Source: Clostridia bacterium
Lineage (GTDB): Bacteria; Bacillota; Clostridia; Christensenellales; UBA1242
Assembly (NCBI GenBank): GCA_045597505.1
Contig: JAZLKE010000034.1
Coordinates: 11,288-75,287, forward strand
Direction of reading: 5' to 3'
Length of the DNA: 64,000 nt
The notes beneath the pieces are model-generated. The model was not told where the DNA came from. It worked only from the letters and a program-made list of their open reading frames with translations, and searched no databases. The position numbers and the translations under genes were made by a program. Positions 9,400 through 19,326 of this stretch are shown here, piece by piece. Every line of letters starts with the position of its first letter. The first letter of the stretch is position 1.

Positions 9400-9890
9400 T
9401 GCTGGTCGCCATTGGCACAGTTTTGAAACCACGGGGTCTGCAAGGCGAGTTAAAGATTGAGATTACTTACAATCGCCCCGCGGTTTTTAATGACTTAAAA
9501 TCGGTTTCTTTGAATGGTAAGACCTATGCGGTTACGCGTGGCAGTGTGCAAAACGGCTTCGCTTATTTGCGCTTGTCTGGTATTGATACCATTGAAAAAG
9601 CCGAACTTCTGCGCAACCAAATTGTTTCGGTGGAAGATTCTGCATTGCATTTGGCGGACAATGAAGTTCTGTCCAGTGACTTGATTGGCTTTGAAGTTGT
9701 GCATAACGGCAAAAAAATTGGCACGGTAGCCAGTATTGAAAACTACGGCGGAGGTGACTTTTTCGAAATTGCCGTCGATGGTCAAGGTTTTGTTTTGTTA
9801 CCTAACGAAGATGACTTTATAGCGGAAACTAATATGACAACACGCACTTTGGTTTTGACGCCGAATGCGTTGGAAGCGGAGTTGGTCTGA
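9399..9890 (+). CDS. rimM: 16S rRNA processing protein RimM
   Basis: GTVLKPRGLQGELKI N-terminus plus a PRC barrel; conserved rimM-trmD pairing. Confidence 0.85.
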   Translation: MLVAIGTVLKPRGLQGELKIEITYNRPAVFNDLKSVSLNGKTYAVTRGSVQNGFAYLRLSGIDTIEKAELLRNQIVSVEDSALHLADNEVLSSDLIGFEVVHNGKKIGTVASIENYGGGDFFEIAVDGQGFVLLPNEDDFIAETNMTTRTLVLTPNALEAELV

Positions 9891-10552
9891 TGCGTTGGAC
9901 GATTTTGACTTTGTTCCCTGAAATGTTTGTTCCGTTGCAAATCAGTATTCTGGGGCGCGCCTCTAAGGCTGGCAAACTGCAAATTGAAATGGTCAATTTC
10001 CGCGACTATACCTTGGATAAACACAAGAAAGTTGACGACCATTCTTATTCACCAGGCGCGGGTTTAGTTTTGGCTTGTCAGCCGATTGCGGACTGCCTGC
10101 AAGCCATTGATCCAGAACACAGAGCCCATCGCGTTTTTATGACCCCAGCCGCGCCAATTTTAACGCAAGAACGTGTAGTCGCGTTATCACAGTACGAACA
10201 CATTATTGTGTTGTGTGGTCATTATGAGGGCGTAGATCAGCGCGTGATCGATGCTTGCTTTGATGAAGTGATTTCCATTGGCGAGTTCGTCTTAACCGGT
10301 GGCGAAATTCCCGCCATGGTTTTGGTGGACGCGGTATCACGTTATGTAGACGGCGTAATCAACAAAGACAGCCTGATTTCCGAAAGTTATATTGACGGCA
10401 AATTGGAATATCCGCAATACACGCGTCCACGTGTTTGGAACGGAATGGCGGTTCCCGAAGTTTTATTTTCTGGCAATCACGCTGCCATTCAAAAATGGAA
10501 AGACGATGCCAGTGCGGCTGTCACCGCTAAATACCGCCCCAAGCAAAAATAA
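9890..10552 (+). CDS. trmD: tRNA (guanine37-N1)-methyltransferase
   Basis: ILTLFPEMF N-terminus, and a GHYEGVDQRV...ISIGEFVLTGGE SPOUT knot region. Confidence 0.95.
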   Translation: MRWTILTLFPEMFVPLQISILGRASKAGKLQIEMVNFRDYTLDKHKKVDDHSYSPGAGLVLACQPIADCLQAIDPEHRAHRVFMTPAAPILTQERVVALSQYEHIIVLCGHYEGVDQRVIDACFDEVISIGEFVLTGGEIPAMVLVDAVSRYVDGVINKDSLISESYIDGKLEYPQYTRPRVWNGMAVPEVLFSGNHAAIQKWKDDASAAVTAKYRPKQK

Positions 10553-10570
10553 CACGAAAAAGGAGTATCC

Positions 10571-11128
10571 ATGCACAACACCAAACAAATTGAAACGGCG
10601 CGCTTGATTTTGCGCGAATATAAAATTCAAGATGCGGAACAGGTTTTTAATAACTGGGCATCTGATCCTGCATGCTGTCAATTTTTAAGTTTTGAACCGC
10701 ACAAAGACCTTGCCGAAACTAAAAAGATTATACAAGGTTGGATTAACGATTACGCCAATGGCAGTTATGACTGGGTTATTGAAACCAAAGACGACCACGA
10801 AATTGTTGGTAGCATTTCGGTGACCAACGGTCATCATAAATTTGATTTGAAAAATGGCATTGCCGAAGTCGGCTACTGTTTTGGTTCTCAATATTGGGGA
10901 CATGGTTACGCGACCGAAGCTTTGCGCGCGGTTATTGAATACTTGTTGAAAGAAGCTGGCAAGTACTTGGTCGAAGCCCGTTATATCAGCGGCAATCCTG
11001 CCAGTGGTCGTGTCATGCAAAAAGTCGGCATGAAACAAGATGCCGTCTTGCGCGCCCGCCGTATCAACAAAGTCACCAAAGAACGTAACGACTTGATTGT
11101 TTATTCAATTACAAAAGATGAATTATAA
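10571..11128 (+). CDS. GNAT family N-acetyltransferase (RimJ/RimL-like)
   Basis: TARLILREY...WGHGYATEALRAVIEY acetyl-CoA binding pattern. Confidence 0.85.
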   Translation: MHNTKQIETARLILREYKIQDAEQVFNNWASDPACCQFLSFEPHKDLAETKKIIQGWINDYANGSYDWVIETKDDHEIVGSISVTNGHHKFDLKNGIAEVGYCFGSQYWGHGYATEALRAVIEYLLKEAGKYLVEARYISGNPASGRVMQKVGMKQDAVLRARRINKVTKERNDLIVYSITKDEL

Positions 11129-11226
11129 TCGCGCAGTATTTTCGGTTGCTTTTCTTTTGCCCGTAAAGATAAACTGTAATCGATGAAGATAAATGTGAAA
11201 TTTGAAGCAGTTATGAAGGTGTTGTA

Positions 11227-11442
11227 ATGGCAAAAGTGTTAAACAAATTTCTGATTACGCGACCCAGCCCTGAAAACAAAAATATTGGATTAGTGTTTGG
11301 TCAACAGCTCTTGAAATTTGCGCCGACGCAAAACCCGTTAGAAGAAACTATCCAATTGGACGAATTTATCGACGAAGCAACCAGCTGGGATTGCAAAGTG
11401 TCGTTTAGATGGTGGCGACTTTATGTTGCTAAAAGGATATGA
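11227..11442 (+). CDS. Hypothetical small protein (71 aa)
   Basis: ORF only; it overlaps the next ORF by 20 nt in another frame. Confidence 0.3.
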   Translation: MAKVLNKFLITRPSPENKNIGLVFGQQLLKFAPTQNPLEETIQLDEFIDEATSWDCKVSFRWWRLYVAKRI

Positions 11443-11710
11443 GGATTCTGCGTCGACATACCAAAACATAAATCAGCATTTGAAATTGATTGCGGCACGC
11501 GAAATTATACAAATGAACTTAGAAGATTATCTGGCAAGGCTTAGATATGAATTAGCCAATAATCAATTAAAAGAAAACGAACTAATTATCACTGGGCGCA
11601 AGTTAAGACAACCTTTGACTAAGGAAGAGATAGACACTGGTATCAAAATTGGGTTAAACTTGATCAAGCAAAGAGAAGCCGCAACTCAACAGACAGAAAG
11701 GAGTAAATAA
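11423..11710 (+). CDS. Hypothetical small protein (95 aa), predicted helical
   Basis: ORF ending 1 nt into the rbgA start (ATAATG overlap); no family recognised. Confidence 0.4.
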   Translation: MLLKGYEDSASTYQNINQHLKLIAAREIIQMNLEDYLARLRYELANNQLKENELIITGRKLRQPLTKEEIDTGIKIGLNLIKQREAATQQTERSK

Positions 11711-12546
11711 TGGACGCAAACAAAATTAACATTAACTGGTTCCCAGGACATATGGCGCAGACGTTAAAAATGATTGACGGCGAGTTGAAGATTTGTGACG
11801 CCATTGTGTATGTGGTAGATGCGCGTTGTCCACAGTCGTGTATCAATCCGCAGTTTGATGATTTTGTCGGACGTAAACCAGTGTTGTTTGTTTTGAATAA
11901 GATTGACTTGGCACCAAGCGGCGTGAAAGAGCAGTTTACGCAGTCGTTGCAATTGAAGACCCCGCATATGATAATTACGCGTAATTCGGTAAAAAGCGGC
12001 GGTACGGAAGCTGTGGTTAAAGCGTTGCAAAAATTATTGGCGGAACGAATTCAAGCCAAGATGGCGCACGGGATCGTGAAGACTTTGCGTGTGGCTGTGA
12101 TTGGCGTGACTAACTGTGGTAAGTCGACTTTCATTAACAACATGACCAACAAGGGCAAGACCCAAACTGGTAACCGTCCAGGTGTTACGCGCGTAAAACA
12201 GTGGGTGCCGATTACGGATAATTTGTGGCTGTTGGATACACCGGGTACTTTGTGGCCTGCATTCACTAATCAGCAAGTTGCGCGCAATTTGGCGTACGTC
12301 GGTTCAATTAAAGAAGATATTTTGGACACCGTTGCATTGAGTAAAGCGTTGTTGGAAGATTTGACCCGTTTGCAACCTGATGCGGTTAAAGCCCGTTTCG
12401 GTGTGACCAGTTTTGAAGAAATTGCCAAAAAGCGTGGTTGTATTTTGCGTGGTGGTGTGCTGGATACGGCGCGTGCCGCTAAAATGATTTTGTCTGAATT
12501 TCGCGAAGGTAAAATTGGCAAATTTAATTTGGATAATTTATTATGA
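11710..12546 (+). CDS. rbgA: Ribosome biogenesis GTPase A (YlqF)
   Basis: INWFPGHMAQT start and circularly permuted GTPase motifs (LNKIDL then GVTNCGKST). Confidence 0.9.
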   Translation: MDANKININWFPGHMAQTLKMIDGELKICDAIVYVVDARCPQSCINPQFDDFVGRKPVLFVLNKIDLAPSGVKEQFTQSLQLKTPHMIITRNSVKSGGTEAVVKALQKLLAERIQAKMAHGIVKTLRVAVIGVTNCGKSTFINNMTNKGKTQTGNRPGVTRVKQWVPITDNLWLLDTPGTLWPAFTNQQVARNLAYVGSIKEDILDTVALSKALLEDLTRLQPDAVKARFGVTSFEEIAKKRGCILRGGVLDTARAAKMILSEFREGKIGKFNLDNLL

Positions 12547-12899
12547 GTGATAATCAAACTTTGGCGCAGAAGTTCGGACAACATGGCGAAGACGTAGCCA
12601 CACGGTTTTGTCGGAAACAGCAATTGAAAATTATCAAGCGCAATTATCGTTGTCGTTTTGGCGAAATTGATATTATTGCCGAACGCGATGGTGTAGTGCA
12701 TTTTATCGAAGTCAAAAACCGCTCGCATGATTTAATTTTAGGGCGCTATGCGGTCAACGCCGCTAAACAACGTCACATTCGCAATTGTGCGCAAAACTAC
12801 TTGTTACAACATGGTATGTTGAATGACTGTATGGTTTCGTTTGATGTAATTGAAATTACCGATGGCAATCTTGAATTTTTGGAAAATTGTTTTTATTAA
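12543..12899 (+). CDS. yraN: YraN family (UPF0102) endonuclease-like protein
   Basis: GEIDIIA...HFIEVK motif pattern, about 118 aa. Confidence 0.8.
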   Translation: MSDNQTLAQKFGQHGEDVATRFCRKQQLKIIKRNYRCRFGEIDIIAERDGVVHFIEVKNRSHDLILGRYAVNAAKQRHIRNCAQNYLLQHGMLNDCMVSFDVIEITDGNLEFLENCFY

Positions 12900-13552
12900 A
12901 AGCGCGCTAATAATAACAAATCAAAAGTGTTGGTCGCGTTGCAATTTGCATCAATGTTGCGGGGAATTTTCGCCAAGGCTTGATAGATTGCCAATTTTTT
13001 GGTTGGTTCAAAATCCGCTGTTGCCAAGGCTTGGTTAAGTTCGTGCAACGCCAAAGTTAAGTTTTCGGGTTTGCTTAAAATTGGCAAGGTCGACATTGCG
13101 TTATCAATATTTTTCGCGGTCATAAAAGTTTGCGCGGCTTGTTTAATTGTAGAGTAGTCTGGATTACAATTTGCCAATTGTTGTAAAGTTTTATTCTCGG
13201 CGGTCTTGTGGTATTTGATAATGCAACGACTGCGTACGGTCGGTAAAATGCGTTCTAAGTTTTGGCACAAAAATAAAACCGTAGTGTTGGTCGCTTCTTC
13301 AATTGTTTTTAACAATTTGTTTTGCGCGTTGGTGTTCATCAATTCGGCTTGAAAGACAATAAACAATTTTTTGTCCGCAACCGCCGAAAGATTAAATTGG
13401 TTAATCATATCGTTGATAATATCTACGGTAATTTCTTTTTTGTCGGCGTGTTTTTTGACCCAAAAAACGTCGCTTGGGTTATAGGACTTGGCGTACTCTA
13501 AGGCTTCTTGTTCCGCACTGATTGGGTCGGTGGTTACGATTAAATAATTCAT
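12896..13552 (-). CDS. holB: DNA polymerase III delta-prime-like subunit, short form
   Basis: NKLLKTIEE and TVRSRC (SRC) motifs, immediately downstream of tmk as in Firmicutes. The N-terminal P-loop region is absent. Confidence 0.65.
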   Translation of the reverse strand: MNYLIVTTDPISAEQEALEYAKSYNPSDVFWVKKHADKKEITVDIINDMINQFNLSAVADKKLFIVFQAELMNTNAQNKLLKTIEEATNTTVLFLCQNLERILPTVRSRCIIKYHKTAENKTLQQLANCNPDYSTIKQAAQTFMTAKNIDNAMSTLPILSKPENLTLALHELNQALATADFEPTKKLAIYQALAKIPRNIDANCNATNTFDLLLLARF

Positions 13553-14217
13553 TACAACCCCAATTCGGCTTTGATTTTTTCGTGAATTTCGTCAGGAGTT
13601 AAAATCTCGCCGAAGTCATTAACACAGCAGACTTTGGACCAGCCAAATATTTCGCATGCTTCCAAGCCCGCATTGTAGGCGTTAGATAAGTGATTATAAT
13701 TGGCTTCGTGAATGTCCTTTGTAAATTCGTCGCCAATTTTCAATTGTTCGCGCTTGCCGATTAATTCCATGGCTTTATCTGTTGGCAAGTCCAAGAAAAT
13801 AACTTTGTCAGTGCGTGGTAATTTCAAAATGTTAAATTCAAAATCGTCGACCCAACGTACTAAATTTTCACGTTCTTTTTTACCTTGAATTTTTCCAGCT
13901 TGGTGTAACATGTTAGATTGCACATAGCGGTCAAACAGCACAATTGCATCTTCTTTTAAGGTCGGCAACAATTTGGTCATCTTACAAATACGATCCGCCG
14001 CAAATAACGTGCTGGCTTGGTATGCGTCCAAAACATTCGGGTCATCGCCAAATTCGCCAGATAAGTACATTTTTACTGGACCTGAACTTGGGCTGTCATA
14101 ATCAGGGAAGGATACGATATGTACATCTGCGCCTTTGGTTTTTAAGTAATCGTACAATTTTTTAATTTGAGTTTTTTTACCGGAACCGTCTGTTCCTTCA
14201 ATCGCATAAAATTTCAT
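13552..14217 (-). CDS. tmk: Thymidylate kinase
   Basis: FYAIEGTDGSGKKTQ P-loop and the DRY motif (FDRYVQS). Confidence 0.9.
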   Translation of the reverse strand: MKFYAIEGTDGSGKKTQIKKLYDYLKTKGADVHIVSFPDYDSPSSGPVKMYLSGEFGDDPNVLDAYQASTLFAADRICKMTKLLPTLKEDAIVLFDRYVQSNMLHQAGKIQGKKERENLVRWVDDFEFNILKLPRTDKVIFLDLPTDKAMELIGKREQLKIGDEFTKDIHEANYNHLSNAYNAGLEACEIFGWSKVCCVNDFGEILTPDEIHEKIKAELGL

Positions 14218-14249
14218 AACTCAAATATTATAAAGCATAATCATGGAAA

Positions 14250-14822
14250 ATGGCACTGATTTTTTTGGTGATGATGATTGCATCTTGTATCTGGTTGTTG
14301 TTCAGTCGACCCGCTGCAATTTTGGCAACTTCATTGAATGCCGTAAATGAATCATTGCTGTTGGCGGTAACCTTGGCGGGAATTTATATTTTTTGGATGG
14401 CAGTGGCGGAGATTGCTACGCGCTCTGGTTTGATTGATAAAATTGCGAAGTTCTTAAAAAAGCCCATCAAGTTCTTGTTTGGCAAACAGACTGAAGAAGT
14501 AAATAATTATGTGGCAACCAATATCGCCGCTAATATGATTGGCGCTTCGGGGGCTGCAACGCCAGCCGCTATTTCGGCAATCGAGCATATGGCACAACCT
14601 AAACAAACCAAAGCTTCGCCACCCATGATTATGTTGTTCATTTTAGCCGCCACGTCGTTACAGTTGATTCCGACTACGATTATTGGTATTTTACAGGCCA
14701 ACGGCAGTGCGGATCCTGCGCACATAATTTTACCTACTTTTATTGTGTCATTATGTTCAACCGTACTTGGCGTAATCTTGGTAAAAATCTTTTGTCGTGA
14801 ACGTAAACAGGACGGTCGCTGA
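14250..14822 (+). CDS. spmA: Nucleoside-recognition (Gate) domain membrane protein, SpmA-like
   Basis: Polytopic membrane protein of 190 aa, paired and translationally coupled with a SpmB-like gene. Confidence 0.6.
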   Translation: MALIFLVMMIASCIWLLFSRPAAILATSLNAVNESLLLAVTLAGIYIFWMAVAEIATRSGLIDKIAKFLKKPIKFLFGKQTEEVNNYVATNIAANMIGASGAATPAAISAIEHMAQPKQTKASPPMIMLFILAATSLQLIPTTIIGILQANGSADPAHIILPTFIVSLCSTVLGVILVKIFCRERKQDGR

Positions 14823-15328
14823 TGGCGTTATACATTGTTCCGTTGTTTATCATTTTTATTTTTGTGTACGCTGGCTTCAAAGGAACGGATACTTATGGTG
14901 CGTTTGTAAAAGGCGCAAAAGATGCCATCGCTTTGATTTGGGATATTTTGCCGTACATTGTGGCTATTTTGGTGGCGGTCAAATTATTCGAGGCTTCGGG
15001 CTTGTTAATGATTATTTGTAACTTCGTGGCACCCGTGTTTCAGTTCTTAGGCATTCCCAACGAACTAGCGCATTTCGTTTTCTTGAAGCCTTTCAGTGGG
15101 GCAGGTTCAATTGCGCTTTATAATGAGATTATCGCCATGTACGGACCCGATAGTTATATTTCACGCGTAGCCAGTATTATTGCCGGTAGCAGTGATACCG
15201 TCTTTTATATTGCGACAATTTACTTTTCTAAAACCAATGTTAAGAAGTTGGGCTTAGCTATTCCGATTGCGTTGTTTTGTACTTTCTTTTCCGCAGTTTT
15301 GGCATCGTGGGTTTGCCGAATCTTTTGA
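14822..15328 (+). CDS. spmB: Nucleoside-recognition domain membrane protein, SpmB-like
   Basis: 168-aa membrane protein; ATGA overlap with the preceding gene. Confidence 0.6.
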   Translation: MALYIVPLFIIFIFVYAGFKGTDTYGAFVKGAKDAIALIWDILPYIVAILVAVKLFEASGLLMIICNFVAPVFQFLGIPNELAHFVFLKPFSGAGSIALYNEIIAMYGPDSYISRVASIIAGSSDTVFYIATIYFSKTNVKKLGLAIPIALFCTFFSAVLASWVCRIF

Positions 15329-15383
15329 AATAAAAATTCTTATTTGCAATTTTTAATAGGCTGTGTTATGCTAATGAAGTTAA

Positions 15384-15459
15384 GCCTTCGTAGCTCAGTC
15401 GGTAGAGCAAGAGACTGAAAATCTCTGTGTCCGTGGTTCGATTCCGCGCGAAGGCACCA
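15384..15459 (+). tRNA. tRNA-Phe (GAA), CCA encoded
   Basis: GCCTTCG TA GCTCAGTCGGTAGAGC A AGAGA CTGAAAA TCTCT..GTGGTTCGATTCCGC..CGAAGGC A CCA. Confidence 0.95.
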
Positions 15460-15465
15460 GACGTA

Positions 15466-15500
15466 AACCTAGTGAAAAAAACACTAGGTTTTTTATTTTT
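15466..15500 (+). terminator. Rho-independent terminator after tRNA-Phe
   Basis: AACCTAGTG / CACTAGGTT stem with a 7-nt A loop, followed by a T-run. Confidence 0.8.
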
Positions 15501-15591
15501 ATACCAAAGAGATTGGCAGTGTTATGCGAAAAATTTTTCTTAAAAAATACAAATGGATTTGCCATTTTATATTGCGTTTTGGGTGGGGGTG

Positions 15592-15600
15592 TGATACTAT
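15592..15600 (+). promoter_or_regulatory. Extended -10 (TGaTACTAT) 6 nt upstream of the ATG of the 1213-aa gene
   Basis: gTGaTACTATtaaaacATG; no SD. Confidence 0.4.
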
Positions 15601-15606
15601 TAAAAC

Positions 15607-18600
15607 ATGGCAAAAGAAACATTGTTGCAAACATTATCAAAACATTTTACAGATAGTCCGGCACATATGTTGCGTTCGGTAAATTTCGGTAAACGTATTT
15701 ACCAGTATTTTACCCAAAGGTTTGAACCTGAGGCTTACAACGCCGACATTACCGATGACCCAGCAAAATTGTTAAATGTAACGCGTGAGTTGTTTGTGGC
15801 GCACGGTGAAATCACTGATGATATCTTGGTTGATTTCATGCTTGATACTGTGAACAATGACCACGAAATGTTTGACTATGCCATGGTTGCCGATATTGTC
15901 GAAAGTGATGCTTATAAAAACATCGCCCAAGGCAGCGAAACCTATAACAAAAAAGTTGCATTTGAAAAGTGGTTAATTGAAAATTCGACCTTGTCACAAA
16001 TCGACAAAATGAATGACTACGATGTTTTGATTAACCAAGAATCTATGACCCGTGTGATTAACGGTTTGTCAACGATTAACGCAGAAAGCGGAATTGGTAA
16101 AGCCTATCTTGACCAAATCAATCACAAAGTCACGCTTTTCCGTCAAAGTTATATTGAACATTCTTCGGAAAACATTTACGCCAAATTAAAAGAAATCGCA
16201 ACTAACGCCAGTCGTGATGATTTCCAAACACAATTGAAAAATATTTATCGCGTTTTATTTGAAAAAGACGAAATCATGGCGGAATATGTGATGCCGACTT
16301 TGATTGAAGGCAGTGCAAAAGCGTCGGGTACCAAAATGGCCAGCAATTTGATGACAACAGGTTGGGGCTTGGAAACTAATAAAGTTTTGTTTGCGGTCAG
16401 CAAATATTACGGTTGGACCGAAGAAATGTTTAACGACATTTATGCCAAGTTCCCAATTGAAAAACGTCGTGACGAATTTGAACAAAACGCTGGTGTCGGC
16501 TATGAAGGTGCAAATCATTATGATACACCAATGGCTATTGGTACAAGTGCACGTGAATTATCAGTAAACAATCCGCAAATGACGAAAACCACTGACGAAT
16601 TCAAGCCGACCGCGGAAGACTTCCGTAAATTCAATGGTAACCAAAATCAAGCGCCGTTCTTCCCGAGTTTTGCCGAAGCGCAAAAAAACGCTAACAATCT
16701 TAACGCTGAACAAAACGCCGAAGATGATTGGGATACTTTACCAGATTTAGAAAAGAACGATTACGCCCAAATGGGTCAAAGCCTCGGCAACAACGCTAAG
16801 GGTACAGGTGTCAATACTCAAAACCAAAATAATTATCCGACCCCGGTTGTTGGTTCCGATAAGGAGGCTGGCGACCCAACGCATAAATTAACTGATCAAG
16901 ATTTAATTGCAATTAACCGTCGTCAAGCAGAACGCGAAGCGCAGAAACTTACATCAGAACAAATTGCGAAACAAAAAGGCAAAGTTTATCCGTTCCGTGC
17001 TTATCCGCTATTTGATATTGCCAAAACTTACGCCAACGCTTTGACTGGTGTAACCATTGTTTCAACTATCAGTGCGATTCCTGGTATTGGACGCATTGCT
17101 GGTCCAGCAATTGGTATCGGCATGGTAATTGGTGGTGGTGTTGTTACCGCGAAAAAAGAAATTGCTTTGGCGCGTCAACAGAACGGTGGCAAAATCGATA
17201 AAGCAATGGGCATGAAGATTGCTTTGAAATCTGCTGCTGCCATGGTAACTAAATCAGCACCATATGTCATGGGTGCTTTGACTGGTTCGTTGTGGCGTGT
17301 GACTGGTGCATCTATTGTTGGTGCGCGTACCTTCTTTAACGATTTGGAAAAACGTGCTGGAATTCAACATGCTGAAATTGCCCAACAAGAAGAAATTAAA
17401 GAAAAAGGCATTAAAGGTTTCATCGCACGCCTTAAACGTTGTGTGGTTACAGATACGAAAGAAAAAGTTACCCGCCTGAAAGGTATTGCCAACGCATTCA
17501 AAGATAAACGTTTGACCAAGGCTGACTTTGCCAAGTCTGCTTTGTATGGCGCGGGTAAAGGTGCTGCGGTATTCTTTGGTGCGACACATGGTCGTGAAAT
17601 TGGTCAATCTGTTGGTTCGCATATCAATATTGATACCAACCAAATTAAACAAGATTTCCACAATAAATTGAATCAATTAACCGATGATTTCAAAAACATG
17701 CAAGGTAAATTGGTTGCTACTTCGGAAGAATTACAACACCGAGCTGAACAAGTCTATGGTAAAGCCAGTCACTTAATTGCTACGGCTGCGGCCGATGAAG
17801 CGTTGGAAAATACCAATACAAATTTATCCAGTGCGGCGTTTGTTAATGATTCGGGTTTAAGTGCGGACGGCTTGGCTCAATTGCAAAACATTGACGACTT
17901 TTATATGACCGAAAAAGCGATTGCTACCGCAGATTACGATAACAACAGTCAATATATTAATGGCGAAAAAGCCCATTGGTATACAAAATCTGAACAAGAA
18001 AATATTCTTAAAACTTTGGTTGGTCATGGTGTTGATAAAAATCTTGCAGTTAAATTATTGCGTATTGAGGGTAGTGCGGCACAATTTGAACGCAGTGGTG
18101 AAATTCCCAACCACGGTCACCAAATGACTTTGAATCACTTGGCAAACAATATTATTACCGATCAAGATGTTGCCAATTTAATGGAATCACGCGAGATTAT
18201 TGATTGCTATGGTGGTTTAAAAGAAATGGTGCAAACACATGCGCCAATAGCAAATACCCCAATAAATACTCATGTTGAAAATTTTGGTTCTCAAGAGGGA
18301 ATGGACGTAAGTCCATGGCGTAACGTAGACACATCTAGAGCTGCCGTAGATGAACTTCCTGAAATTAAAACACCTGTCAAAGAGGTTAATGTTTTTAATC
18401 AAGAACAATCAGTAAATACTGATGTTCAATATTCAGACGATTTGTTTGATCAACACGAAGGTTTTTTTGCCAGTCAAGATCGCAATGTCGAAGCAGTTAA
18501 TGGAAAATTAAAATCGATGTTTGATGATGAGACACAAACTTCCGCCGACCAAGAAAATGTTGACGAAAATTTAATCAACAATGACGAAAATTTTGATTTT

Positions 18601-19248
18601 GGCGCTGAAGCTAACGAAACTGAAATTAACGAAACCGAAAACGACGAAATCAACGAAACTGGAAATGTGCAAAGGAAAAACCCAATTGTAGATTTTTTCG
18701 AAGGTCGCGGTGGTAAAGTAGAAAATATAGAAAACCCTAATGGTAATAGTGATTTTACCAAGGCGTCGGATTATATCTCTAAAAACTACACCGATAACGG
18801 AATTGATCCGATGACTGGTAATCGTATATACAGTGGTGAAGGAGTCGAGTATGAAGTTAATCCGGTCACAGAAGAAATCAGAGTGAGTCAAATCGGGAAT
18901 AATGGGGTTGAATCTAAAATAATTGAACCATCTCAAATTCTTTCTGATTTGGAAGCAACAGAAACAGATACGGCGACAGTAGAGACTGAAACTAATAAAA
19001 CTTTTGCGCAAATGGGATATCAACAGCAAGGAAATGGCGATTGGGTGTTTACGAAAAATGAAGCTACATGGATGCTGACGGATAAAAATAATAATGGAGT
19101 TTTTGATGCGGAAGATACTTTTGTAAAATATGCTCCCGATAAGACTACATCTGGTACGTTTAGCGAATATGGAAGGGCTTTTGATTTAGAAGGTGATAGT
19201 GCTGCTCTAGTTGTGTCAGAAACGCCTGTTACAGAGTCTGAATTGTAA
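15607..19248 (+). CDS. Giant orphan protein (1213 aa) with a central glycine-rich membrane hairpin region and an acidic C-terminal half
   Basis: Uninterrupted ORF. Central segments VTIVSTISAIPGIGRIAGPAIGIGMVIGGGVVTA, SAPYVMGALTGSLWRVTGASIVGA and ALYGAGKGAAVFFGATHG. There is a D/E/N-rich tail (ETEINETENDEINETG). No signal peptide and no recognisable catalytic motif. Confidence 0.8.
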   Translation: MAKETLLQTLSKHFTDSPAHMLRSVNFGKRIYQYFTQRFEPEAYNADITDDPAKLLNVTRELFVAHGEITDDILVDFMLDTVNNDHEMFDYAMVADIVESDAYKNIAQGSETYNKKVAFEKWLIENSTLSQIDKMNDYDVLINQESMTRVINGLSTINAESGIGKAYLDQINHKVTLFRQSYIEHSSENIYAKLKEIATNASRDDFQTQLKNIYRVLFEKDEIMAEYVMPTLIEGSAKASGTKMASNLMTTGWGLETNKVLFAVSKYYGWTEEMFNDIYAKFPIEKRRDEFEQNAGVGYEGANHYDTPMAIGTSARELSVNNPQMTKTTDEFKPTAEDFRKFNGNQNQAPFFPSFAEAQKNANNLNAEQNAEDDWDTLPDLEKNDYAQMGQSLGNNAKGTGVNTQNQNNYPTPVVGSDKEAGDPTHKLTDQDLIAINRRQAEREAQKLTSEQIAKQKGKVYPFRAYPLFDIAKTYANALTGVTIVSTISAIPGIGRIAGPAIGIGMVIGGGVVTAKKEIALARQQNGGKIDKAMGMKIALKSAAAMVTKSAPYVMGALTGSLWRVTGASIVGARTFFNDLEKRAGIQHAEIAQQEEIKEKGIKGFIARLKRCVVTDTKEKVTRLKGIANAFKDKRLTKADFAKSALYGAGKGAAVFFGATHGREIGQSVGSHINIDTNQIKQDFHNKLNQLTDDFKNMQGKLVATSEELQHRAEQVYGKASHLIATAAADEALENTNTNLSSAAFVNDSGLSADGLAQLQNIDDFYMTEKAIATADYDNNSQYINGEKAHWYTKSEQENILKTLVGHGVDKNLAVKLLRIEGSAAQFERSGEIPNHGHQMTLNHLANNIITDQDVANLMESREIIDCYGGLKEMVQTHAPIANTPINTHVENFGSQEGMDVSPWRNVDTSRAAVDELPEIKTPVKEVNVFNQEQSVNTDVQYSDDLFDQHEGFFASQDRNVEAVNGKLKSMFDDETQTSADQENVDENLINNDENFDFGAEANETEINETENDEINETGNVQRKNPIVDFFEGRGGKVENIENPNGNSDFTKASDYISKNYTDNGIDPMTGNRIYSGEGVEYEVNPVTEEIRVSQIGNNGVESKIIEPSQILSDLEATETDTATVETETNKTFAQMGYQQQGNGDWVFTKNEATWMLTDKNNNGVFDAEDTFVKYAPDKTTSGTFSEYGRAFDLEGDSAALVVSETPVTESEL

Positions 19249-19296
19249 CCATTAAGAAAAGGTTAGAGTTCAAAAATAACCAAGTAAAATTTTGAA

Positions 19297-19326
19297 ACCG
19301 TCCTGCGATAAGGGCGTTTTTTTTGT
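19297..19326 (+). terminator. Rho-independent terminator after the 1213-aa gene
   Basis: CGTCCT / AGGGCG stem (one G-U pair) with a 6-nt loop, followed by T-run 19317-19325. Confidence 0.6.

Noticed and set aside
11227-11710. The two small ORFs as a single frameshifted rplS pseudogene
   Set aside because: Neither frame shows any L19-like sequence (no ...GDTV.V...EG.KER.Q.FEG... pattern). Joining the frames does not produce a recognisable protein.
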